A stretch of 42,035 bases of DNA from Verrucomicrobiota bacterium. Its GTDB lineage: Bacteria; Verrucomicrobiota; Verrucomicrobiia; Verrucomicrobiales; DEV007. The notes beneath the pieces were generated by a model that ran no database searches, was not told the origin of the DNA, and worked only from the letters and a program-made list of their open reading frames with translations. The position numbers and the translations under genes were made by a program. The stretch spans positions 1 to 42,035 of the forward strand of contig JASFYY010000126.1 in the NCBI GenBank assembly GCA_045046875.1, written 5' to 3'. This document shows positions 8,251 to 16,342 of the stretch, piece after piece. How positions within the stretch are numbered: position 1 is the stretch's first letter; each line of letters begins with the position of its first letter.

Positions 8251-11241
8251 TCACTCCCCATGCCAGTTGTCCATGCTCAAGATATCACTCGCTTTGATTT
8301 GACTGGGATCGATGACGACGTGTTTGATGCGTTGGCGTTTCCAGGTGTAGCTGATGTGAACCTGTCCATCTTTTGTTTGAATGATCGCCGGGTAGCTGAA
8401 TTCGGCTTTTTCCTCTTGCTCGAGCACGGCGACTTTGCGCCACTCTTTGCCGTCCTTGGAAATGGCGAGATTGAGCAGGCCGCGGCGGCCCCAACCGGTT
8501 TTGCCCGAACCGAGGTGATTGTAAATCATCAGGAATCGCCCGTCTGCGAGATTGACCACATCGACGCCGGCGTTGGGATTAGGCAGGCCGGTTTTTTCCA
8601 TCGGGCTCCAGGTCTTGCCCTGATCGTCTGACCGCGAGGTGGTGATGCCGGAGCGTTTGCTACGGCAGAGCACTTGCAGCTTGCCGTCCTGGTGTTGCAG
8701 GATGGTGGGCTGGATGGCGGTGAACTCATCTTTTTTATTGATCGGGCCGATGCGTTGCCAGGTTTTCCCTAGATCCTTGGTCAGTTCAAAATGAACCGTC
8801 CAGCCGTCGTATTCGGTGCTCGACCCACACAGCAGGGTTTTGCCATCAGCGAGCATGACCGGTTTGCAGCGCACCGGGCCGTCGATGCCTTCGGGCAGGC
8901 GGCGGCGTTCGCGCCAAGTGCGGCCGCGGTCGTAGCTGACCATCATTTCTCCCCACCACTTGCTTGGGGAGGGGCCAACTTTGAAAAACAACAAGGTTGG
9001 AGCGTCACCGGCAGGTTGGTAAAGCACAGGATTCCAACAGGGGTATTGTTTGCCCTGGTATTGGATTCCGTTAGCGACTTCTTTGGGGGCGCTCCAGTTG
9101 GCGCCGTCATGGTAGCTGACCCAGATGCCGACGTCCTGAGCGCCTTCTTTTTTTCCGCCGAACCAGGTTGCCACCAGGCCACGTGAAGTTTTGCAGATCG
9201 ATGAAGCGTGGCATTGGGGGAATTTGGCTTTGGTGAAAACAAAATCCTCGCTGACAAAACCGGGAAATTTTGGTTTTGCTGCAGGTTTGGGATCACGGGC
9301 TTTTAATTTTTCGGCAGGGTAGTCGATGCAGTCATCGTGTTTGATGTGGTAGATGCGACCGTTTTCGGCACCGACTAAGAGGTCGGGTTTACCGTCCTTG
9401 TCGAAGTCGCAAATTGCCGGGCTCGAGGTGTGACCAGCGACGTTGCGCTTGGCTAGATTACCGATTTTTTTGAGAATGACTTTGCCGTTGGGGCTGTCCT
9501 TGCAGTTGCGGTACCAAGTGGCGTTTTCAGAATTGACCAGGATGTCCTTGCGTCCGTCGCCGTCCCAATCGACCACGGCGAGTTTGTAACGACCGGAACT
9601 GCCAGCGGATTTGAGATTGAGTCGGATGGGTTGTAGATCTTCGTCGAGGAAGATGTGCTGTGGTGATCCTTTCTGTTCAAAGAGGGAGAGAAACCCTTCT
9701 CGATCCAGTGCGACCATGTCCAGCGATTTGTCGTTGTTCCAGTCGATGGCGAGAGGTGTGGTGCGCCATTGAGTGGTGGCTGTTTTCTGACTTTTGTTCC
9801 ACCAGAACCAGTCCGGGTTGTTTTGCGGTGCAAGCTTTAGCGTTTGGGGATTTATAGACTGACTTGTTGCGCTCGACTTTTCGAGAGTGAAGCGGTGTAA
9901 ACGCCCCCAAATTCCATTAACAAAAAGATCGGGATTTTTATCAAAATCCCAGTCTGCCACTGAAAGGGTGGTATAGCCCCATTTAGCTTCGCAGGGACCT
10001 TGAATAGATCCGTTCGGACCTGCCATGATACGGAAAGGTTTGCCATCAACTTCGAGTAATCTGGGGGCAGCCCATTTTGGTAATCCCTTAACCGTCTCAC
10101 CCAGATTTTCAAAAAATCCGATATATCCTGCGGTATTGCCGCAGAGAATGTCATCGTCGCCATCGCTGTCCCAGTCATAAACAAAGGGAGTGGCGAGGGC
10201 ACCAAATTTCAGTGTATCGGCTTGTTGTTGGAAATAGACGGGTTGACTGAAGTTTGGCGGGCTGGTTTTGTTTCCTCGATTTTCAATCAACGCAACACGG
10301 CCGTCTTCATCGCCGACGATCAAATCCAGGTCACCGTCGCCATCCCAATCAAAAGCCGTTGGGGTGATCATTTGCAAATCCATCGTCAATCGTTTTCCGT
10401 CGGAACTTTCCATTTTTTGACCCGAAGCATAAATAGGTTTTTTTCGGTCCCCGATGTTTTCAAAATAGGTGAAACCGTCCAGAAACTCCCCGCAGATCAA
10501 ATCCAGATCACCATCGCCATCCCAATCGGTGAAATTCGGCGAAGGCCAGCCATAGACATCAATATCTCCGTCGCCGGCGTTGATGCGTGTAGGCTCGTCC
10601 GCATACTTAGGTTCCATATTGGAGCCTTCGTTTTTCAGCCAGTAAACATACCCATGCAGTGGGCCGTTCCTCCACCGTCCCTGCGCATCATAAGCGTGAT
10701 CCCAACCGTAATCTGACCAATCCCCCACGCCGATGACCAGATCCTGATCGCCGTCACCATCATAGTCGACGTAGCGCCACATGTTGCCGCGTGCACCGTT
10801 TTTGTGCACGTTGGTCTTTTGGTAGATTTTTTTAGGATTTTCGAAATCAAATTTTCCGCTTTTGGCATCGCGGGGAAATTCGTAGCCCGGCTTTAAAATG
10901 CGTGGTTTTCCATTCACATAACTGACCTGCATGTTGTGGCTTGCCGGTCCGAGGCGAATACCCGGTTTGAATACCGGCATTTTGACTTTAGGATCCTGAC
11001 TGGGATTTTCGAAAAAATAAACGCCGTTGGTAGGCGAATCGGGACAAGCAACGAGGAGATCCATGTCGCCGTCCCCATCGTAATCCATTGGCATTGGCCA
11101 GGCCCACAGGCCGACTCCGAGATCGACTTTCAGGCCGGGGTTGTTGTATTTGAGCGGCTCGAGATCGGCGTGAAGTGTTGGCTGAGTCAATAAGCTTGAT
11201 GCGACACAAGCCAGGAGAAAAAAGGGTTTTGTGAGTTTCAT
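8251..11241 (-). CDS. Secreted FG-GAP/VCBS-repeat protein fused to a C-terminal BNR (sialidase-like) beta-propeller
   Basis: Signal peptide; nine DxDxDGxxD-like repeats; C-terminal ~340 aa with Asp-boxes SYHDGANW, SYDRGRTW, TKDLGKTW, SDDQGKTW, SKDGKEW and EFSYP. Confidence 0.88.
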   Translation of the reverse strand: MKLTKPFFLLACVASSLLTQPTLHADLEPLKYNNPGLKVDLGVGLWAWPMPMDYDGDGDMDLLVACPDSPTNGVYFFENPSQDPKVKMPVFKPGIRLGPASHNMQVSYVNGKPRILKPGYEFPRDAKSGKFDFENPKKIYQKTNVHKNGARGNMWRYVDYDGDGDQDLVIGVGDWSDYGWDHAYDAQGRWRNGPLHGYVYWLKNEGSNMEPKYADEPTRINAGDGDIDVYGWPSPNFTDWDGDGDLDLICGEFLDGFTYFENIGDRKKPIYASGQKMESSDGKRLTMDLQMITPTAFDWDGDGDLDLIVGDEDGRVALIENRGNKTSPPNFSQPVYFQQQADTLKFGALATPFVYDWDSDGDDDILCGNTAGYIGFFENLGETVKGLPKWAAPRLLEVDGKPFRIMAGPNGSIQGPCEAKWGYTTLSVADWDFDKNPDLFVNGIWGRLHRFTLEKSSATSQSINPQTLKLAPQNNPDWFWWNKSQKTATTQWRTTPLAIDWNNDKSLDMVALDREGFLSLFEQKGSPQHIFLDEDLQPIRLNLKSAGSSGRYKLAVVDWDGDGRKDILVNSENATWYRNCKDSPNGKVILKKIGNLAKRNVAGHTSSPAICDFDKDGKPDLLVGAENGRIYHIKHDDCIDYPAEKLKARDPKPAAKPKFPGFVSEDFVFTKAKFPQCHASSICKTSRGLVATWFGGKKEGAQDVGIWVSYHDGANWSAPKEVANGIQYQGKQYPCWNPVLYQPAGDAPTLLFFKVGPSPSKWWGEMMVSYDRGRTWRERRRLPEGIDGPVRCKPVMLADGKTLLCGSSTEYDGWTVHFELTKDLGKTWQRIGPINKKDEFTAIQPTILQHQDGKLQVLCRSKRSGITTSRSDDQGKTWSPMEKTGLPNPNAGVDVVNLADGRFLMIYNHLGSGKTGWGRRGLLNLAISKDGKEWRKVAVLEQEEKAEFSYPAIIQTKDGQVHISYTWKRQRIKHVVIDPSQIKASDILSMDNWHGE

Positions 11242-11264
11242 GGGATTATTTGTTGGGGATTAAA

Positions 11265-11963
11265 TTATTGCCACCAGCGGTCGGTGGATTCGCGGTCTTT
11301 TTTGGCGAGGATTTGTTGCAGGCTGTTGCGGATGTGATTTTGCATTGCTTGGGAGGCGGCTACGCAGTCACGTTTTTTAATCGCTTGCAAAATGCTCTCG
11401 TGATCGGTTGCGGTGTGGTTCAGAACTTCGATTTCGAACTCGTGGCGATCGGCTTCAAAAATGCGGGTGAGGATGTGGGAGTCACCAACCACTTTCATCA
11501 TGCGCCGGTTGCGTGAGGCTTCGATCACCATCATGTGAAAAGCCAGGTCGAGGCGATGGAATTCGCTGGCGGCTTTTTTCCCCGCACTTTTTTTCCCACT
11601 GCTTTTGACTTTGGCCACCCAGGTCTGCAAGGCGGCGAGATTTTTTTCAAGATCCTTGATCTGCCATTCGGCTGCCCTTTCAGCGGCCTTGCCAGCGGCG
11701 TAGGCTTCGAGGGCTTCACGCGTTTCATAGAGTTCGATCGCTTCATCGCGGCTGAGCGAGCGCACCACGGCGCCGAGTTGCGGGATCAACTCGACAAAGC
11801 CCTCGCTCGCCAGTTGCCCGACGGCTTCACGCACGGGCGTTGCGCTGATTCCGATTTCTTTGCCCAGGCTGCCATAAGAAAGCCGGGAGCCGGGCGGCAA
11901 GCTGGAATCCAGCAGTTTGCTGCGGATGTGGTCGTAAGCTTTTTGAGATCGGTTGGAGGGCAT
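11265..11963 (-). CDS. GntR family (FCD) transcriptional regulator
   Basis: wHTH LPPGSRLS...GISATPVREA; FCD motifs YETREALE, DLAFH, DHESILQAI. Confidence 0.93.
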   Translation of the reverse strand: MPSNRSQKAYDHIRSKLLDSSLPPGSRLSYGSLGKEIGISATPVREAVGQLASEGFVELIPQLGAVVRSLSRDEAIELYETREALEAYAAGKAAERAAEWQIKDLEKNLAALQTWVAKVKSSGKKSAGKKAASEFHRLDLAFHMMVIEASRNRRMMKVVGDSHILTRIFEADRHEFEIEVLNHTATDHESILQAIKKRDCVAASQAMQNHIRNSLQQILAKKDRESTDRWWQ

Positions 11964-12012
11964 AATATATGGAAGTCTATAGAGTGATATATTTTAAAGA
12001 GGGAAGAGTCAA
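11964..12012 (-). promoter_or_regulatory. Candidate promoter and overlapping operator of the GntR cluster
   Basis: Minus strand TTGACT-17 bp-TATCAC; overlaps inverted repeat AATATAT...TCTATAGA...ATATATT (11964-11993). Confidence 0.4.
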
Positions 12013-12121
12013 AGAAAAAATATTTTCAGTGGTGGGACAAGCAGATAACGATTGACGGATAGAGGGGGGATTGTGGATGATGGTGGGGATGTTCGGCAAG
12101 GTAGGGGACATCAAAAAACTT

Positions 12122-13699
12122 ATGTCGTCTGGAGCTGCAAGTGATTCAATTTTTGAAGACCCGGAATCATTTTTAAAGATTGCCGCTGATTTTCATTTAG
12201 GTGACTTGATGACTGAAGCGCAGCATCCGGATACGATGGACTTGTCGTATTTGGCAAAAAATGATTTGCGGGCTGCGATTGAATTGCTCAAACAGGTGGA
12301 TCTGGATGCATTGAAAGCGTTGAGGGATTTATCGGATTCACTGATTTCCCTGGCTGAAGAAATTCGATCCACACTAGCTGCAGGTCAGCGTATTTTTCTA
12401 TGTGGTTGTGGTGCGACGGGGCGGCTTTCGTTGTCGTTGGAGATTTTTGCCCGCAGTGGACAACTGGGGGAATCTTTGGCAGATGATCAGATTATTGGTT
12501 TCATGGCAGGAGGGGATGCGGCCTTGATTCGTTCGATTGAGAGTTTTGAGGATTTTTCGCGATATGGCGCACGGCAACTAATGGACTTGGGTTTTAGCGA
12601 GGGTGACTTGTTGATCTCAACAACAGAGGGGGGTGAGACGCCTTTTGTCATAGGTGCCACACAAGCCGCAGCGGGCTTGAAAGGTGAAGCGGCCAGGGCT
12701 CCCTATTTTTTATATTGTAATCCTGATGGAATTCTTTGCAAAGTGGCTGAGCGCTCACGGCAAGTGATCGAGGCGCAGGAGGTGCGAAGCCTTTCGCTGC
12801 CGGTGGGGCCGATGGCTCTATCAGGCAGTACCCGGATGCAGGCGAGCACGGTGTTGATGGCGGCGGTAGGTTGGGCGATGCTGCATCGCAGCCATTCCGG
12901 GCGGATTCGTGGCGAAGTGGAAAAATTTATCGATCAGGTTAAAGGCGTGGATTTTTTTCATCTTGAGGGTTTCATAGCAGCTGAGTCTGAAGCTTATCAA
13001 TCAGGGAAGCGTGTATTGTATCAACCAGCTTCTCATTACGGCATCACGGTAATGACGGATACTACAGAGAGGGCGCCTACTTTTAGTCTGCGGCCGTTTC
13101 AGAACAATAGAGATCCTGATGATTTGCCCTGCCTGTGTTATTTGCATTTGATGGATACCGCGACTGCGGGCGAGGCGTGGCATCAGTTGTTATTACGTGA
13201 TCCACGTCCACTTGAATGGCAGGGGGTGAAGTCGTTGGCGGGGAAAGAGCGAATGATGGGTTTTGATTTTTCGGATCACTGGCTTGAGACTTTTTTACAA
13301 CAAGGTCAGGCTGACGAGTATCTGCGTTTTGAGATCAGTGATGATGAAAGTTTTTTGCGATTAAAGTTGGCAGATGCAGCCGAGCATAGTTTTGCGGTGG
13401 AATCGTTGAGCCCTTTCGCTCGTCAATTGTTGTTAAAGTTGATGCTGAATATTCACTCTACTCTTGTTATGGGGCGGCTGGCTCGATATGAGGACAATCT
13501 GATGACCTACGTTTCGGCGTCGAATAACAAACTGCTCGACCGTGCGGTGAGATATGTGCAGATGTTGTTGCACCGTCGTTTGCCAAAAGATGTGGCCGTG
13601 CCAGATTACGAAAGTATTTGTCGTGAACTGTTTCGGCAGAAAACGAGATTACTGGCTGATGAATCGGTGGTTATCAAGACGATGGAGGCATTTTTATGA
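12122..13699 (+). CDS. Tandem-SIS sugar-phosphate-binding protein, MurQ/glucokinase-regulator (GCKR) family
   Basis: TEAQHP, GCGATGRLS, AGGD, ESFED, GGETPFV, GSTRMQ, second-domain DTTERAPTF, KLMLNIHST...NLM...SNNKL. Likely start ATG 12122 (ORF track extends to 12071). Confidence 0.8.
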   Translation: MSSGAASDSIFEDPESFLKIAADFHLGDLMTEAQHPDTMDLSYLAKNDLRAAIELLKQVDLDALKALRDLSDSLISLAEEIRSTLAAGQRIFLCGCGATGRLSLSLEIFARSGQLGESLADDQIIGFMAGGDAALIRSIESFEDFSRYGARQLMDLGFSEGDLLISTTEGGETPFVIGATQAAAGLKGEAARAPYFLYCNPDGILCKVAERSRQVIEAQEVRSLSLPVGPMALSGSTRMQASTVLMAAVGWAMLHRSHSGRIRGEVEKFIDQVKGVDFFHLEGFIAAESEAYQSGKRVLYQPASHYGITVMTDTTERAPTFSLRPFQNNRDPDDLPCLCYLHLMDTATAGEAWHQLLLRDPRPLEWQGVKSLAGKERMMGFDFSDHWLETFLQQGQADEYLRFEISDDESFLRLKLADAAEHSFAVESLSPFARQLLLKLMLNIHSTLVMGRLARYEDNLMTYVSASNNKLLDRAVRYVQMLLHRRLPKDVAVPDYESICRELFRQKTRLLADESVVIKTMEAFL

Positions 13700-14064
13700 T
13701 AGAAAATAGTGGAATGAAAACTGATCCGAATTTTGAAAAAGTGGCGAAGGTGTTATTGGCATTGTTAGTGCTAACCTTTGTGATAACTCTTTTCGGTCGA
13801 TTTTTGCCATTGATGGCTCCGGGCAGGCATGTGGAAATGTCGATGGCCAGTACGTTTCTGGTTGGAATTTGGGCAATGCTGAGTTTTGTGATGAATATTT
13901 GTGTTGGGATTTGGTTGTGGCGTCGGGCGGAAGCGGATGCCCGGCCAGCGTTCACTTGGTTGGGTCTGGGGGTTTTTGGCGGGCTGTGGGCGCTGGTGGC
14001 GTATTTGTTGATCCCGATTTATGAGAAATTGGTGCTCAGTTGTGAAGAAAAGGGTGAAGGGTGA
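13696..14064 (+). CDS. Hypothetical membrane protein (about 3 TM)
   Basis: 122-aa ORF with three hydrophobic segments; 4-bp overlaps with both neighbours. Confidence 0.65.
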   Translation: MIENSGMKTDPNFEKVAKVLLALLVLTFVITLFGRFLPLMAPGRHVEMSMASTFLVGIWAMLSFVMNICVGIWLWRRAEADARPAFTWLGLGVFGGLWALVAYLLIPIYEKLVLSCEEKGEG

Positions 14065-15086
14065 AAATTCTAATGAAGGGGCGTAGCTATTTTTCATGTG
14101 TCCCCGCATTGGCATTGATCTGTCTATTACTGGCAGGCAAGACGGCCAAAGCAGGTGAGGCGCATGGCTGGAAAGCGATCAGCTATCCGGATTTGAAATG
14201 TGAGTTTGGAGGAGGCGAGGCCTGGCCTTCGATTGAAATTGCCAGTTCGCAGCAAGTGAATGAGTTACAACTTGGTTTGTCTGGCATTCAGTTTCGTTTA
14301 GGTTTTTTGTGGTCAAAGTCTGAAGCGGCGGTAGTTGGGTTTAGTTGGCCGGATGGCAGCAAAATGAAGATTCGCCTGCATTATCCGGATGGAGGGATCG
14401 TCGAAGCTAGCGAATCTACATTCATAGGAAGACTAAATGCCGTTCCCTATGGAGATCCCGCTTCTTCCGGTTATGAGGGTTCGTTTTATTGTGTTTTTCC
14501 TTGGGGTGAAAATGAAATGCAAGAAGCTTGGTTGGAAATAGTTTTTCCAGAAAGGTCATATTGGCTTGAGATTCCGTATGGATTTATGCGAGACCCGAAG
14601 GAGCTCGAGCTTCCTGTATCCGATGCAGGTCCTGCCCGGTTGCCAAAAGCTTTAGTGAAAGCTCCGGCGAAGGTCAAGTTGGTGAACTGGGAACGTATCC
14701 ATTATGATATTGGTGAAATTGAGAACGGGTGGAAACTTTCGCTGCGCCATAACAATTCGTTTGATGCGCACTCAGAGCTTATATTGTCTCGTGAAGATTC
14801 AGAAGTGGGTAAAAGCAGCTTTCTTTGGGATTTGCATTCCCCTCGCACTGAGATCTTGATCAAACAAAACGATGGTTTTGTGCTTCGAAGTCGAGCGATG
14901 AGCTTGCGTTTGCACGATGATGGTTTTCACCGCAGTGATAAGTTTGATTTTAATAGAAATCCCCGTGACGCTCGCTTGAGAGATTGGGGGATAATGATAA
15001 TTAAAATTGATGGGAAGGAACACATCCAAATTATGCCTTCGAGTTTTTTTAGAAAGGCTCATGGAATGAACACGAGTTTACGGTGA
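14061..15086 (+). CDS. Hypothetical exported protein
   Basis: 341-aa ORF with signal peptide ending AKA-G; no recognised motif. Start could be ATG 14073. Confidence 0.75.
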   Translation: MKILMKGRSYFSCVPALALICLLLAGKTAKAGEAHGWKAISYPDLKCEFGGGEAWPSIEIASSQQVNELQLGLSGIQFRLGFLWSKSEAAVVGFSWPDGSKMKIRLHYPDGGIVEASESTFIGRLNAVPYGDPASSGYEGSFYCVFPWGENEMQEAWLEIVFPERSYWLEIPYGFMRDPKELELPVSDAGPARLPKALVKAPAKVKLVNWERIHYDIGEIENGWKLSLRHNNSFDAHSELILSREDSEVGKSSFLWDLHSPRTEILIKQNDGFVLRSRAMSLRLHDDGFHRSDKFDFNRNPRDARLRDWGIMIIKIDGKEHIQIMPSSFFRKAHGMNTSLR

Positions 15087-15136
15087 GCGGGTTGAATAAC
15101 TGCGGGTTAATTTTTAAAACTGAGTAAAAAAGAATT

Positions 15137-15358
15137 ATGCAATGTCCAGAATGTGGAGAAGCTGAAATGGTGGAAGGTGAGGCTTTTTTAAAAAAGAGTA
15201 TATGGAGTTGGATATTCTTAGGGTGGGGAGCATCCGATTTGTATATGAAAACAAAAGATGGAAAACTTGAGCTTGTGATGTGGAATGGTGTTGTCCGACA
15301 GGCTTATCGTTGTGAAAAATGTTATACTTTCATTTCGGTGTCGGGGGATAGGGTATGA
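15137..15358 (+). CDS. Small zinc-ribbon protein (DUF6487-like)
   Basis: CPECG...MVEG at N-terminus and AYRCEKC at C-terminus; ATGA overlap with the next ORF. Confidence 0.7.
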   Translation: MQCPECGEAEMVEGEAFLKKSIWSWIFLGWGASDLYMKTKDGKLELVMWNGVVRQAYRCEKCYTFISVSGDRV

Positions 15359-15912
15359 AGACATTCAAATGGACCGTCCCGGAAATGCCGATGACGGAGA
15401 GGGAAAAAAACCCTCCGCACAAAAAAGAAGGAGGAGATCCGTCAGGTTTAGGCAGGATTGCACTTGCAGTTGCCTTGATATTGATCGGCATCATGCAATT
15501 GTTTGTATCAGAGGGTTTTGGCACAGGGATTCGTTCCTATTTTTGGAAACAGGGTGAGGGACGTGTGGTGAGCAGTGAATTGACTTCTTATACAAATACG
15601 GGCGTTGGCAAGGTGTCTTATGCATTGGAGCTTGATGGGAAAGTGGTCTCGCAAACAGCAAACGTGTTAAAAAAATGGTCTTGGGGGCAAAGGGTGAAAT
15701 ACGATACCTGGGCGCAGAAGTATAAAAAAGGAGAAGCGGTAACGGTGTATTATAATGGCTCAGGAAAATATTCATTAGGTCATTGGCCTGGGGGCTTTCC
15801 CCTGATGGCAGTGACTGGGTTGATTTACCTGACTTGGGGAGTGTTGCTGACGCTGAAAGAAGTTAAACTAAAACGGAGCGGCAAACAGGAAGCGGGCAGC
15901 GGGCGTGTTTAA
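15355..15912 (+). CDS. DUF3592-like membrane protein
   Basis: TM-soluble domain-TM; pattern W..GEGRVVSS...VSY...YKKGEAVTVYYN. Confidence 0.6.
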   Translation: MKTFKWTVPEMPMTEREKNPPHKKEGGDPSGLGRIALAVALILIGIMQLFVSEGFGTGIRSYFWKQGEGRVVSSELTSYTNTGVGKVSYALELDGKVVSQTANVLKKWSWGQRVKYDTWAQKYKKGEAVTVYYNGSGKYSLGHWPGGFPLMAVTGLIYLTWGVLLTLKEVKLKRSGKQEAGSGRV

Positions 15913-15919
15913 AAGAGGT

Positions 15920-16186
15920 GAAGAGGTGTAAGACAGCATAGTTAAGCTGCTGACCGTTATGCGTTTCGCCCTTTGCAGGGCTGGAGGAATTGGTTTTTTT
16001 ACCCAGCGCTTCGCACTGGGCTATATCATTGAGCACCGTTGGTGCAAGAGATGAAAGTAAACTGTCCTGAAAGGACAAAATGTGATAGCCCAGCGCTTCG
16101 CACTGGGGTTAGATCGAATTTATTGCCAGCCCTAAAAGGGCGGAATGATGTTGATGTGTGATGAGGTAGCTTGCAATAAGCAAATG
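15920..16186. repeat. REP/REPIN-like composite palindromic element, copy 2
   Basis: Direct-orientation copy of 101-372, located between convergent genes. Confidence 0.9.
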
Positions 16187-16217
16187 GGCAATTGTTTGGC
16201 TATTGCGGTTTTAGGGG

Positions 16218-16297
16218 CGCCCCGGTTGGGGCTTATTTTCATTTATCAGAGCCCTAGGACTGCGTCCTAGGCTGACATAGGGTTGTCCCTTTGGGAC
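16218..16297. repeat. Third, sequence-diverged three-hairpin arm
   Basis: GCCCC-GGTT-GGGGC, CCTAGGAC-TGC-GTCCTAGG, GTCCC-TTT-GGGAC with the same order and similar spacing as the arms of the 270-bp element. Confidence 0.75.
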
Positions 16298-16342
16298 GGG
16301 GGACGGGATGAACGTGGGCTTGCCAGAGAGGTGGCCAATGGT

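Noticed and set aside
12122..13699. Calling the SIS protein murQ
   Set aside because: It is nearly twice the length, and the MurQ motifs are redistributed across two domains.
101..16186. Composite transposon or genomic island bounded by the two direct repeats
   Set aside because: The enclosed 15.5 kb includes core genes (prs, rplY, pth, rpsF, ssb) and no recombinase; independent insertions are more parsimonious.
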